Shown here piece after piece: positions 63,970 through 64,000 of a stretch of 64,000 bases of DNA; the first letter of the stretch is position 1; each line of letters begins with the position of its first letter. Location: the NCBI GenBank assembly GCA_973895155.1, contig OZ316895.1, positions 1,626,412 through 1,690,411 of the forward strand, written 5' to 3'. Both the position numbers and the translations under genes were made by a program. The stretch is from Marsupella aquatica. Its lineage: Eukaryota; Plantae; Marchantiophyta. Below the pieces are notes generated by a model, which saw nothing but the letters and a program-made list of their open reading frames with translations, was not told where the DNA came from and searched no databases.

Positions 63970-64000
63970 TGTTGAGCATAGACGACGATCGCAACGGCAA
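63970..64000 (-). mobile_element. End of a same-family LTR in inverted orientation inside the 3' LTR
   Basis: TGTTGAGCATAGACGACGATCGCAACGGCAA is the reverse complement of the 5' LTR end (55633-55663) with 2 mismatches. Confidence 0.85.

Overview
Eukaryotic, intron-rich plant nuclear DNA; gene content and style suggest a bryophyte such as a liverwort (inference). All gene models were built by eye from GT-AG sites, exon phases and recalled protein similarity; no database search was run. From left to right: a two-exon secreted Pollen Ole e 1-family protein with GDGRGP and IPP repeats; an intronless small secreted Cys-rich protein under a W-box/TGACG cluster; a tentative orphan gene convergent with a 7-exon PARTING DANCERS (PTD) meiotic gene, of which the ORF track shows only the last exon; tRNA-Arg(CCT); orphan duplicated exons followed by a decayed DExH6/YTHDC2-like helicase; intronless PII (GLB1) with a Q-loop; a Cys-rich orphan ORF; a DUF455 ferritin-like gene; an 81-bp satellite; a foldback element; PEX12; a 1.37-kb non-autonomous Helitron with its empty site preserved next door; a multi-exon coiled-coil gene; an intronless plastid EamA transporter; and a degenerate Ty1/copia element carrying a CACTA insertion, an 8-bp-TSD MITE and an inverted same-family LTR inside its own 3' LTR. 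The best candidates for undescribed biology are the W-box-associated secreted Cys-rich protein and the modular Ole e 1 precursor.
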